Positions 48,100 through 57,199 of a stretch of 64,000 nt of DNA are shown piece after piece. Origin of the DNA: Thermoplasmatota archaeon. Its GTDB lineage: Archaea > Thermoplasmatota > SW-10-69-26 > JACQPN01 > JAJPHT01. Where the stretch lies: assembly GCA_035540375.1 (NCBI GenBank), contig DATLGO010000070.1, forward strand, positions 2,416 through 66,415. The letters are read 5' to 3'. The notes beneath the pieces are model-generated. The model was given only the letters and a program-made list of their open reading frames with translations, was not told where the DNA came from and did no database searches. The position numbers and the translations under genes are program-made. The first letter of the stretch is position 1, and the number at the start of each line of letters is the position of its first letter.

Positions 48100-49116
48100 A
48101 TGGCCCAGGACCTCCTCGAGAGCGGGCTCCTTCTCATGGTCTTCGTGGGCCTCGGCCTCCTCGCCGCGGGCTTCTTCGTGAAGGATCCGCGCAAGCACCT
48201 GCTGCGCATCGCCGGGTGGGCCCTCTTCGCGATCTACTGGCCCTTCCAGGCGCCGCACTTCTTCAACGACGCGGACCCCGTGAACGGGTATTTCGCGCTC
48301 GCGGCGCCGCTCTTCCTCGGCTACATCGCGTGGCACGAATGGAAGTCCTACCAATGGAAGGAGGACCCGCACGCGATGCGTTGGCTCACGGGCACGAGCG
48401 TCGTCGCCGCGGCGAGCTACTTCGTCATCTACCGCATCCCCGAGGCGACGGAGGCGCTCATCCGCTTCACGGCCGGTCAAACGTCGTGGATGCTCGCGTT
48501 CCTCTTCGGCGTCGAGTCGAGCATCCAGCCCTCCATCTTCGAGGCGGGCTCGTGGGACGTCTTCCTCACGGGCGGCGGAACCGAAGAGTACGCGGTCACG
48601 ATCATCCTCGCGTGCACCGCGATCCAGAGCATCATGATCTTCGTCGGCGCGATCGCGAGCCTCGAGCGCTCGCCACGCCGCAACCGCCTCCTCGCGTACG
48701 CGATCACGGTCCCCGTGATCTACTTCCTGAACCTCTTCCGCAACTCGGGCATCGTCTTCGCCTACAAGGTGTGGGACTTCCCCGCCTGGTTCAAGGGCGG
48801 ATGGGACGCGATCGGTCAACCGATCTCGTGCCTCATGGGCACGTGCTTCCCCATCGGCGAGCTCGGCACGCAGGCGCGCTTCGAGTTCATGCACTCCGTG
48901 CTCGGGAAGGGCGGAAGCCTCGTCGCGCTCATCGTCATCGCCCTCGGCGTGTTCATGCTCCTGCCGGAGCTGCACAACAACATCCTCGACCTCTTCGATC
49001 TGAGGAAGCGCAACCGCAAGGGCTTCTACGATCCGCCGCCGCCGCCGGGCCCCGCCGACCCGCCCGCAAGCGCGCCGCCGGCCCCGCCCGCCGCCGCGAA
49101 ACCCGAGGAGGCCTGA
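48100..49116 (+). CDS. artA: Archaeosortase A-like transpeptidase (exosortase/archaeosortase family)
   Basis: Polytopic membrane protein. Cys172 in a TM segment (ILACTAIQ) and Arg214 (LFRNSG) fall at the positions of the H. volcanii ArtA catalytic Cys173/Arg214. Pro-rich C-terminal tail. Synteny with psd/pssA. Confidence 0.65.
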   Translation: MAQDLLESGLLLMVFVGLGLLAAGFFVKDPRKHLLRIAGWALFAIYWPFQAPHFFNDADPVNGYFALAAPLFLGYIAWHEWKSYQWKEDPHAMRWLTGTSVVAAASYFVIYRIPEATEALIRFTAGQTSWMLAFLFGVESSIQPSIFEAGSWDVFLTGGGTEEYAVTIILACTAIQSIMIFVGAIASLERSPRRNRLLAYAITVPVIYFLNLFRNSGIVFAYKVWDFPAWFKGGWDAIGQPISCLMGTCFPIGELGTQARFEFMHSVLGKGGSLVALIVIALGVFMLLPELHNNILDLFDLRKRNRKGFYDPPPPPGPADPPASAPPAPPAAAKPEEA

Positions 49117-49117
49117 C

Positions 49118-49747
49118 GTGGCGGCCGTCCGCTTCGCGCAAGGGTCCGCGTCGTGGCTCGCCGCGACGGGCCTCGGCGTCGTCGCGCTCCTCGCCCTCGC
49201 GCTCGCGACGGGCGACGGCGTCGTCGCCGCGCTCGCGCTCGCGGCGCTCGTGTTCCTGGGCTTCCTCCTGAACTTTTTCCGCGACCCCGACCGCGCGATC
49301 GCGGACGGCGTGTGCTCGCCCGCCGACGGCGTCGTCTCGTTCGTCGAGCCCGCCGAGGGCGGCGCCACCCGCGTGGCCATCTTCATGAATCCCTTCGACG
49401 TGCACGTGAACCGCGCCCCCGTCGCGGGCCGCATCGCGGCCGTCGACCACCGCGCGGGCGGCTTCGTGCCAGCCTTCAAGAAGGAGAGCGAGAGAAACGA
49501 GCGCGTGGAGTGGGTGATCGAGACGGCCGAGGGTCCCGTGAGGCTCCATCAGATCGCGGGCACGGTCGCGCGCCGCATCGTGCCCTACCTCGCGCCGGGC
49601 GCCGAGGTCGCGAAGGGCGACCGCATCGGCATGATCCGCCTCGGGAGCCGCGTCGACGTCTGGCTCCCCGCCGCGTACGAAGTGAAGGTCAAGGGAGGTG
49701 AACGCGTCTGGGCCGGAGCTACGACGCTCGCCATCTCACGAAAGTGA
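49118..49747 (+). CDS. psd: Archaetidylserine/phosphatidylserine decarboxylase-like protein (PssD type)
   Basis: About 209 aa. C-terminal pattern of the Psd family (GDRIGMIRLGSRVDVWLP). Confidence 0.65.
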   Translation: MAAVRFAQGSASWLAATGLGVVALLALALATGDGVVAALALAALVFLGFLLNFFRDPDRAIADGVCSPADGVVSFVEPAEGGATRVAIFMNPFDVHVNRAPVAGRIAAVDHRAGGFVPAFKKESERNERVEWVIETAEGPVRLHQIAGTVARRIVPYLAPGAEVAKGDRIGMIRLGSRVDVWLPAAYEVKVKGGERVWAGATTLAISRK

Positions 49748-50637
49748 GGCTCCGGCTGCGGAGCGATCACCTCCTCCGGGCCCGCGCGCGCCTCAACCGC
49801 TGGCGAAGCGTCGTCTCGCCCGCGGACGTCCTGACGCTCCTCAACGGAGCGTGCGGCTTCCTCGCGATCGCCGTGCTTGCGGGCACGGACGCGTGCACGA
49901 ACCCGGGCAACCCCACGTGCACGCCTTTCGACTCGCCGTTCTTCCCCGGCCTCCAGAACGCCTTCCCCGGCCTCCCGAGCGACCGCTTCCTCATCGCGGG
50001 CGCGCTCATCGTGCTCGGCCTCGTGTTCGACGCGACCGACGGCATGGTCGCCCGCCGCTTCGGCGGGTCCCGGCTCGGCGCGGACCTCGACACGCTCTCC
50101 GACACGATCACGTTCGTCGTGACGCCCGCCCTCATGATCCTCAAGTTCTACTCCAACCCCGCCTACATCGCGGACCCGGAGCCCTACGCGGCCGCCCTTG
50201 CCGCGAGCCTCGTGCTCGTGATGGGCATGCTGCGCCTTGCGCGCTTCAACGCGAACCCGACGGAGACGGACACGAAGACCTTCCAGGGCCTTCCCACGCC
50301 CTGGTGCGCGCTCACGGTCGTGCTCACCATCCTCATCGCGATGCCGACGCGCTTCGCGCTCCCCATCTTCGCGATCCTCGCGCTCCTCATGATGAGCAAC
50401 GTGGCGTACCCGAAGTCGAAGGGGGTCGTGAAGCACATCGCGGTCGCCCTCGTCCTTTCGGCCTTCGGGCTCGCGACCCTCCTCTTCTTCTTCCCCGCCG
50501 GGTCCGGCCCGGTCGTCCGGGCCGCGTTCATCCTCGCGGCCATCACCATCGCGCTGGCCCCCTTCTTCCTCAAGCGGACGAAGGTGGCCCCCGAGGCCGC
50601 CCCCGCCCCCGCCCTTCCGGGGACTCCGAAGCCCTGA
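49744..50637 (+). CDS. pssA: CDP-alcohol phosphatidyltransferase (archaetidylserine synthase-like)
   Basis: DATDGMVARRFGGSRLGADLDTLSD matches the CDP-OH phosphotransferase motif D(x)2DG(x)2AR...G(x)3D(x)3D. ATGA-type overlap with psd. Confidence 0.75.
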   Translation: MRLRLRSDHLLRARARLNRWRSVVSPADVLTLLNGACGFLAIAVLAGTDACTNPGNPTCTPFDSPFFPGLQNAFPGLPSDRFLIAGALIVLGLVFDATDGMVARRFGGSRLGADLDTLSDTITFVVTPALMILKFYSNPAYIADPEPYAAALAASLVLVMGMLRLARFNANPTETDTKTFQGLPTPWCALTVVLTILIAMPTRFALPIFAILALLMMSNVAYPKSKGVVKHIAVALVLSAFGLATLLFFFPAGSGPVVRAAFILAAITIALAPFFLKRTKVAPEAAPAPALPGTPKP

Positions 50638-50711
50638 CCCGGGAACGCCGCATCGATTTGTGGCAGATATTTAAAGAAAGACCTCGTTACGGTCGCCGCG
50701 GACCTCCCACT

Positions 50712-51260
50712 ATGCCCCAGGAACTCAAGATCGGCATCACGGGGCTTCCGAGCGTCGGCAAGACCCGCACGCTCCTCAAGATCGTCGAGAAGCTCGAGGC
50801 CAAGGACACGATCGTGGGCGGCATGGTCACGGAGAGCATCGACGAGGACGGGAAGCGCCTCGGGTTCCGGCTCGTGAACTGGCTCACGAAGGAAGAAGGC
50901 ATCCTCGCGCACGTCGACTTCGAGAGCGCGAAGGTCAAGGTCGGCAAGTTCGGCGTCGACCTCAACGCGCTCGAATCCCTCGGCGTCCCCGCGATCGAGC
51001 AGGCCATCCGCGAGGCCGAGGTCATCGTCATCGACGAGGTCGGCAAGATGGAGATGGAGTCCGACCGCTTCTGCGCCGCGGTGAAGGCCGCCCTCGACAC
51101 GCCGAAGCCCATGATCATGACGCTTCACAAGAAGTCGCGCAACCCGCTCCTGCAGGACATCCGCCGGCGCGACGACATTCGCATCCTCGAGGTCACGAAG
51201 ATCAACCGGAACCTCCTCCCCTACAAGATCGAGAAGCTCCTCGAAGGGGAAGTCATCTAG
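50712..51260 (+). CDS. THEP1-type nucleoside triphosphatase (MJ1559 family)
   Basis: P-loop GITGLPSVGKT and Walker B VIVIDEVG. About 182 aa. The family is characteristic of archaea. Confidence 0.8.
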   Translation: MPQELKIGITGLPSVGKTRTLLKIVEKLEAKDTIVGGMVTESIDEDGKRLGFRLVNWLTKEEGILAHVDFESAKVKVGKFGVDLNALESLGVPAIEQAIREAEVIVIDEVGKMEMESDRFCAAVKAALDTPKPMIMTLHKKSRNPLLQDIRRRDDIRILEVTKINRNLLPYKIEKLLEGEVI

Positions 51261-51305
51261 GACCCGGCCGGAAGGCCCAACGCCCGGGCCGCGCCTTTTC
51301 TTCGC

Positions 51306-51590
51306 GTGGAACGCCACGTGCTCGCCATCCATGCCCTCGCCGAGGGCGCGAACGAAGACGCCGTCAAGGAGACGCTCGGCCGCGTCGCGGAAGCGGCCGC
51401 CGACCGGGGCTGGCGCGCGATCGAAACCTTCTACTCGCTCGAACGCGGCCGCGCCTACACGTATGCGGAGACGGACACGGCCGACCGCGTACGCGACACG
51501 CTCGACGACCTCGGGCTCGCGGGCGTCGAGGTGCTCGAGGCGGAGCGCGTGTTCACCGAGCTTCTGCACCGGCCCCGGCGGTCGCGGTGA
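51306..51590 (+). CDS. Small hypothetical protein
   Basis: 94-aa ORF with a GTG start and non-repetitive composition. No domain recognised. Confidence 0.3.
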   Translation: MERHVLAIHALAEGANEDAVKETLGRVAEAAADRGWRAIETFYSLERGRAYTYAETDTADRVRDTLDDLGLAGVEVLEAERVFTELLHRPRRSR

Positions 51591-51864
51591 GTTTCGCATG
51601 GCCCGCCGCAATTTTGCGATCCCCGTGGTTTGTGCCCCATGAGCGGATTAGCATTCAACGCCTTCGGCCGCGCGGCCCCGGATTGTCCACCCTGCGCCAG
51701 GCGGAGCTTGCCGCGCGACGTTCCTCTTGCGCACGAGCGGATGCCCCCGATGCGTGACATCCCCAGCCGTCTCGCAGCCGCGCTTCGATCGGCCCATCGC
51801 CGCGACGCGCCGGGGAAAACGATAAGGGGCGACCCGCCGCCTGCACGGCGGGGAGGTCGACCTC

Positions 51865-53625
51865 TTGCTTGCACGCCGCCTGGGACAGCTCATCGTCCTT
51901 GCCCTCCTCATCCTCGCCCCCGCGGGGACCGCCTCGGTACTCAATCGGGTGACCTACGAAGCCGAGGAGGACGACCGCCTGCTCCTCGATGCCGCTGGGC
52001 AACGCAACTGCGTCCTCGCGGCAATTCATCAAGAGGGCACCGACGCATGCCCCTTCGAACGAACGCCCCAGCCACGGCCGGCCATGGGCATCCTGCTCCT
52101 CGACGACGTCTACCGCCAGACGGGCGTGCCCGAGGACGGTCCCGGCACCGCCCGGCGTGACGCGGAATTCCTCGCGTCGCGGCCCACCTCCGGAAGCGTG
52201 CCCACCTCCTTCGTCAACGACGTGTCCTCCGGAGCGAGCTATCACCGCGCCAGCGGCGGAGACCTCCCGGATATCATTGCGCCCGGACACGGCCGTTTCC
52301 ATGCGTATTTCGGCTGGTGGCTCGACGTCAACGGCAACGGCGTCATCGAGCGGAGCGACCTTGCTCCGGCGAACGGCCAAACTTCGGATCCCGAGCACGA
52401 GTGGGCCCTGAAACCAGACGCCGCCATCTTCTCTTACATCGATCCCGGCCCGCATCCGTTCGTCACCGAATTCAAGCGGCCCGACAAGGGGAGCCCGGAC
52501 GTCGCCTATTCGTCGGGAGCCCATTGGTATACCGCGGGATCCGTCGTGCCCGTCGTCTTCGTGGATGGCTCGCTCATCCGACCCATGACCGTCACGACCG
52601 TCACGGACCCCCTCCTCTCGCCCAGCAGCGACGGCATCAACACGTACCCCTATACGCCGGGCGAGTCCTCCATGATCGACATCGACCGCTACGCGGCGAT
52701 CGCCCCGGGACCCCTCTCCGACGTCTACGCGACCGCCGCAGGCCCTTTCTTGGACACCGTGGGGAGCCCGAGCCTCGGGCTCTGTCCCAACGCCTGTCAG
52801 ATCACGCCTACCGGCGCCCGGGGCACGCCCCTCGCGGGGCCGGTCGCAACCGCCGTGAGCCTCGCGTACGGACGCGCCGAGCACGAGACGGCTCCCGGAA
52901 GCGGCGCGTCGGGCGAGGGTCGCGGTCTCGAAGCCCGCGATGCATTCATCGGCTGGGCCGACCTCGTCCCGCGCCAGCGCCAAGTCCCCCTCGCCGGCAC
53001 CGGCCGGACGGTCGCAAGCGACGGCGAACCGGTGGGCGTCGGAACCGACGGCTCCCAGAGCATGGGACCCGGCATGTTCACCCTCGAGATGTGGACCGGC
53101 GTCTGGAAGGACCTGGGCGGTGACGGCCACGTCGGATGGCCGCAGGAACCCGGCGACCCCTACGAAGGGGGCGCCCGGCCCCGGCCCGACAATTACCTCG
53201 AGAGCGGCGGCGAATTCATTGGCGCCTACCCCACCCATATCGAAGGGACCTCGACGAGCGAGTTCAAGGTTCTCGCGATTCCCGACACGGATTGGGGACC
53301 CCTCGGTGTCACCATCGTCAACGTCGGCCTCCAGTCGCGCGACCCCGGCAACGTCATCGCCTGCCCCCCGCCCCTTGCCAGCACGTGCATGACCCCCATC
53401 GTGGGATCCTCGCCCGTCACGCTCCTGATGCGGCGCGATCCGTCCCTCGGGGCGGGGCACTATTCGACGCAGGACGCGCTCCTCATGCCGCTCGGCTCGC
53501 CGGGCTTCTCCGTGTGCTCACCGAGGATGAAGGTCTCGTTCGCGCAATCGAACGTGCTGATCGAGGAGGACGTGTGGGACTGCGACCATCTTTCGCAATG
53601 GGCCGGATTCTCGACGGCGTCGTGA
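51865..53625 (+). CDS. Secreted protein, novel paralogous family, copy 8 (dispersed)
   Basis: Signal peptide LGQLIVLALLILAPAGTASV. Motifs include NCVLAA...CP, LPDIIAPGHG, PGPHP, FVDGSL, WKDLGGDGHVG, DPYEGGARP and WDCDHLSQW. Confidence 0.7.
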   Translation: MLARRLGQLIVLALLILAPAGTASVLNRVTYEAEEDDRLLLDAAGQRNCVLAAIHQEGTDACPFERTPQPRPAMGILLLDDVYRQTGVPEDGPGTARRDAEFLASRPTSGSVPTSFVNDVSSGASYHRASGGDLPDIIAPGHGRFHAYFGWWLDVNGNGVIERSDLAPANGQTSDPEHEWALKPDAAIFSYIDPGPHPFVTEFKRPDKGSPDVAYSSGAHWYTAGSVVPVVFVDGSLIRPMTVTTVTDPLLSPSSDGINTYPYTPGESSMIDIDRYAAIAPGPLSDVYATAAGPFLDTVGSPSLGLCPNACQITPTGARGTPLAGPVATAVSLAYGRAEHETAPGSGASGEGRGLEARDAFIGWADLVPRQRQVPLAGTGRTVASDGEPVGVGTDGSQSMGPGMFTLEMWTGVWKDLGGDGHVGWPQEPGDPYEGGARPRPDNYLESGGEFIGAYPTHIEGTSTSEFKVLAIPDTDWGPLGVTIVNVGLQSRDPGNVIACPPPLASTCMTPIVGSSPVTLLMRRDPSLGAGHYSTQDALLMPLGSPGFSVCSPRMKVSFAQSNVLIEEDVWDCDHLSQWAGFSTAS

Positions 53626-53731
53626 GCGGCCCAAGGCGATCCCGTCGCCGCCCGGGCGGCGGCCTTCAGCGACCACGCCGACGTGGCAAGCGCGCGGCTC
53701 GGAAGAGCGCCGAACGCGAACGGGAATAGAA

Positions 53732-53803
53732 TGCCGGGGACGGGGTTCGAACCCGCGACCTAAGGATTATGAGTCCTTCGCTCTACCAGCTGAGCCACCC
53801 CGG
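53732..53803 (-). tRNA. tRNA-Met (anticodon CAT; elongator type with a G1-C72 pair), no encoded CCA
   Basis: Read as GCCGGGG-TG-GCTCAGCTGGTAGAGC-G-AAGGA-CTCATAA-TCCTT-AGGTC-GCGGGTTCGAACCCCGT-CCCCGGC-A. Cloverleaf with a 7-bp acceptor stem, 5-bp anticodon stem and a TTCGAAC T-loop. Confidence 0.85.
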
Positions 53804-53858
53804 CGGGGGGTACGCCGTGAAAGCGGCTCGCCGTATTTAACCGTAAGGGGGCCGAAAA

Positions 53859-54362
53859 TCAGGCTTTCACGAGCACGTGGAAGACCTGCGGCTCGGTCCA
53901 GCCCGAGTCCATGAGCGTGCCGTCGAGCGCCATGAGGCGCCACGTGACCTTCGACCCCGGCGCGAACGGCTGGGTCGAGGCGGGCGACCACGACTCGCCC
54001 TCGATGTTGTGGATGACGTTGCGCGTCTCCAGGGTTCCGAGGCGCGACACGATCTCGAGGCTGTACACGACCGGGCCCGTCGCCGCGCCCGCGTCCCACC
54101 GGAACGTCGGCGTGAGCGAGGACGTCGTCGCGTTCGCCGCAGGGTCGCGCGGGACCGGCTTCTCGGGCGGGACCGGCGCGGGCTCCTCGGAGACGTTCTC
54201 CACGAGCGTCCCGTGATCGAGCGGCTCGACCTCGTTGCCGTTCTCGTCCACGAGGATCCACGCGTCCGGCGGGGCGACGTAGATCTTGTAGGCGGCGCCC
54301 GCCGACCCTCCGAGGGTCACCGCGATCACCGTCAAGACCGTCCACTTCAAGACGCCGCGCAT
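53859..54362 (-). CDS. Secreted hypothetical protein (167 aa)
   Basis: Signal peptide MRGVLKWTVLTVIAVTLGGSAGAA. Forms the C-terminal end of the otherwise artefactual 53859..57467 ORF. Divergent from aglB. Confidence 0.5.
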   Translation of the reverse strand: MRGVLKWTVLTVIAVTLGGSAGAAYKIYVAPPDAWILVDENGNEVEPLDHGTLVENVSEEPAPVPPEKPVPRDPAANATTSSLTPTFRWDAGAATGPVVYSLEIVSRLGTLETRNVIHNIEGESWSPASTQPFAPGSKVTWRLMALDGTLMDSGWTEPQVFHVLVKA

Positions 54363-54390
54363 CACGAGGGGAACCCCACCCTCGGCGGCT

Positions 54391-54398
54391 GATATAGG
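54391..54398 (-). promoter_or_regulatory. TATA-like element (CCTATATC) about 32 nt upstream of the 54362 start
   Basis: AT-rich octamer in a GC-rich divergent intergenic region. Confidence 0.35.
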
Positions 54399-54450
54399 TT
54401 GTTGTACGCCGAAGCCCCCCCGGGCGACGAGGCCAGCGGAATCCAGAACC

Positions 54451-54457
54451 TTAAAAA
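54451..54457 (+). promoter_or_regulatory. TATA-like element (TTAAAAA) about 29 nt upstream of the aglB start, with a purine-rich BRE-like stretch just upstream
   Basis: The only A/T heptamer in the 120-nt intergenic region. Spacing is that of an archaeal promoter producing a leaderless mRNA. Confidence 0.4.
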
Positions 54458-54482
54458 CCGAGGCCCGCCATCGGCCGCCCGT

Positions 54483-57191
54483 ATGGACCGGCGGCGTCTC
54501 CTCAAGACCAGTCTCCTCGTCGCGGAGGTGGCCCTCGTCCTCGCCGTCGCGTGGTTCATGTGGGACGTCCGCATGGCCTCGTTCCCGGCCCTGTTCCTCG
54601 ACAACGGCGGGAGCTACTACATCGGCACCGATCCGTACTACCACCTGCGCGAAGCGCTCTACAGCGCTGAGCACTTCCCCGCCTCGCTGCGCTTCGACCC
54701 CTACACGAACTACCCCGCCGGCACCGGCACGGGCCAGTTCGGAACCCTCTTCGACCTCGGCGCCGCCGCCCTCGCCATCGTCGCGGCGGGCTTCCGGACG
54801 CCCGACCGCCACACCGTGGAGCTCGTCGTCGGCTGGTACCCCGCGCTCCTCGGCGCCCTCATCGCGATCCCCACGTACCTCGTCGCGCGCCGCATCATGG
54901 GCCGCGTCGCCGCCGCCTTCGCCATCCTCCTCCTCGCGCTCTTCCCCGGCGAGTTCCTCATCCGGTCGCTCGCGGGCTACGCGGACCATCACGTCGCGGA
55001 AGCACTCTTCAGCACGCTCGCCGTCCTCGGGTGGCTCGTCGCCCACGCCGCCGCCGAACGTCACCGCGCCGACCTCCGCGCGCTCGCGCGCGACCCGCGA
55101 ACCCTCGCGAAGCCGACGGGCGCCGCGCTCCTCGGCGGCGTCGCGCTCGCGCTCTACTTCCACGTCTGGCCGCCCGCGGTCCTCTTCGTCGCGATCCTCG
55201 GCCTCGCGATCGCCATCCAGGCCGCGATCCACCACCACCGCGGCGAAACCCTCGCGCCCCTCGCCTTCGCGAGCACCGTCTTCTTCGCGACCGCCTTCGT
55301 CCTCACCGCGCCCCTCACGGAGGCGACCACGAGCTTCGCCCCGAGCGCCTACAGCCTCCTCCAGCCCACGTTCCTCCTCCTCGCCGCCGTCGCGGGCCCC
55401 GCGCTCTGGTTCCTGAGCGAAGCCCTCCGCGCCCGCGACGCGCCGAAGCCTGCATTCCCCGCCGGCGTCGCGGCCCTCGCCCTGCTCCCCGTCGTCGCCG
55501 CGATGGTCCTGAGCCCGACGCAGCTCTGGCCCGTCCTCAAGTGGAGCCTCGGATGGGTCACGCCGTTCGGCGCGACCGACCGCACCCTCACGATCGCCGA
55601 AGCGCAACCCACGTGCCCGGGCGAAATCTGGCTCGACTGCGCCGGCATGGCCTCGAGCTACGGCCTCTTCATCCTCATCGCGACCCTCGGCGCCGTCATG
55701 CTCGTCGGCCGCGTCATCCGCGCGCCCCGCCACGCGGACATCGTGCTCCTCGTCTGGAGCCTCACGACGTTCTTCGCCGTCACCGCGCAGGTCCGCTTCC
55801 AGTACTACTTCGCGATCACCGTCGCCCTCCTCAGCGCGTACTTCCTCCACGCCGCGCTCGAACTCACCGGCTTCAACGCCGCCCTCGAGCGCGCCATCCA
55901 CGGCAACCCCGCCCACGAGGAGGCCAAACGCGGCCAAGGCCGACGCACGCGCACGGCGACGAAAAGCGCCGAAGCCCTCACAGCCGCGCGCGCCCTGCCC
56001 ATCGCCGTCGCCATCCTCCTCGTCCTCCCCGGCAACATCCTCCTCAACAAGGACAGCGACGGCCGCCTCGCCGACCACTGCGGATCCCGCGTCCAATACC
56101 GCCCCAGCTACGCGATCGGCCACTGCATCGGCGTCGACGGCGACGTCCAGGTCTGGACGCGCGCCCTCGCATGGATGCGCGACCACACCGCCGACCCCGG
56201 CGTCAGCCTCTACACGAAACCCGAGGGTAACCACCCCGGCGACTACGGCGTCATCAGCTGGTGGGATTACGGCCACTGGACCCAGCTCATCGCCGAACGC
56301 CCCCCCGTCACCAACAACTTCCAGCAAGGCGCCCCCCTCGCGAGCCTCGTCTTCACGAGCCCCAACGAACGCGAAGCCAACGAACGCCTCGACGCATGGA
56401 CCGACCGCCACGGCGCGAACCGCGTCCGCTACCTCCTCGTGAGCGACGAGGACGTCGGCGGCAAGTACAACCCCATCACCGTCTGGGCCGACCGCGGCCT
56501 CGAACGCGGCACCCGCGCCTACACCATCGACGGCATCCCCTCCCCCCAACAGCTCCCCCTCATCGACCGCACGACCTTCCTCCAGAAGCTCTACCTCGAA
56601 GACGGACGCGACTACCACACGTGGCGCCTCGTCTACGAATACCCCCGCCTCAGCCAGATCCACACATTCCTCAACGTCCAGACGAACGGCTTCGGCAGTC
56701 TCAGCCAGGACGCGGGCCCCCTCCTCGGCAACCTCACCCCCACCCCGAGCCACGATCCCGACTGGATCTCCGTCCAACGGGGATCCAACGGCCAACCCGC
56801 CTTCGCCGTCTACGACCGCTGGTTCGCGGCCAAGCTCAAGATCTACGAACGCGTCGAAGGCGCGCGCCTCCACGGCCTCGCCGACCCCGGCGAAACCATC
56901 ACCGCCGCCATCCCCCTCGTCGCCAGGCAGGAACCCGGCGAAGCCCGCGCCTTCACGTGGATGGCGAGCACCACGGCCGGCCCCGACGGCACCTGGAACC
57001 TCACCGTCCCCTACGCGAGCCACGACCCCGTCCCCGCGGAAGACGGCGGCACCGACACGCGCGTCCACGCCACCGACCACTACACTCTCTGGACCGGCAC
57101 CGCGGACAACCCCCGCCTCGTCGCCACACCCATCCCGGTCAGCGACCGCGACACGCGGGACGGCAACGCGATCCGCGTCGACTTCGTGTGA
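54483..57191 (+). CDS. aglB: Oligosaccharyltransferase AglB (STT3 family)
   Basis: About 13 N-terminal TM helices and the WWDYGHW catalytic motif, followed downstream by a DxxK-like stretch (DEDVGGKYNPI). 902 aa from the ATG at 54483. Confidence 0.85.
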   Translation: MDRRRLLKTSLLVAEVALVLAVAWFMWDVRMASFPALFLDNGGSYYIGTDPYYHLREALYSAEHFPASLRFDPYTNYPAGTGTGQFGTLFDLGAAALAIVAAGFRTPDRHTVELVVGWYPALLGALIAIPTYLVARRIMGRVAAAFAILLLALFPGEFLIRSLAGYADHHVAEALFSTLAVLGWLVAHAAAERHRADLRALARDPRTLAKPTGAALLGGVALALYFHVWPPAVLFVAILGLAIAIQAAIHHHRGETLAPLAFASTVFFATAFVLTAPLTEATTSFAPSAYSLLQPTFLLLAAVAGPALWFLSEALRARDAPKPAFPAGVAALALLPVVAAMVLSPTQLWPVLKWSLGWVTPFGATDRTLTIAEAQPTCPGEIWLDCAGMASSYGLFILIATLGAVMLVGRVIRAPRHADIVLLVWSLTTFFAVTAQVRFQYYFAITVALLSAYFLHAALELTGFNAALERAIHGNPAHEEAKRGQGRRTRTATKSAEALTAARALPIAVAILLVLPGNILLNKDSDGRLADHCGSRVQYRPSYAIGHCIGVDGDVQVWTRALAWMRDHTADPGVSLYTKPEGNHPGDYGVISWWDYGHWTQLIAERPPVTNNFQQGAPLASLVFTSPNEREANERLDAWTDRHGANRVRYLLVSDEDVGGKYNPITVWADRGLERGTRAYTIDGIPSPQQLPLIDRTTFLQKLYLEDGRDYHTWRLVYEYPRLSQIHTFLNVQTNGFGSLSQDAGPLLGNLTPTPSHDPDWISVQRGSNGQPAFAVYDRWFAAKLKIYERVEGARLHGLADPGETITAAIPLVARQEPGEARAFTWMASTTAGPDGTWNLTVPYASHDPVPAEDGGTDTRVHATDHYTLWTGTADNPRLVATPIPVSDRDTRDGNAIRVDFV

Positions 57192-57199
57192 CGGGGCCA

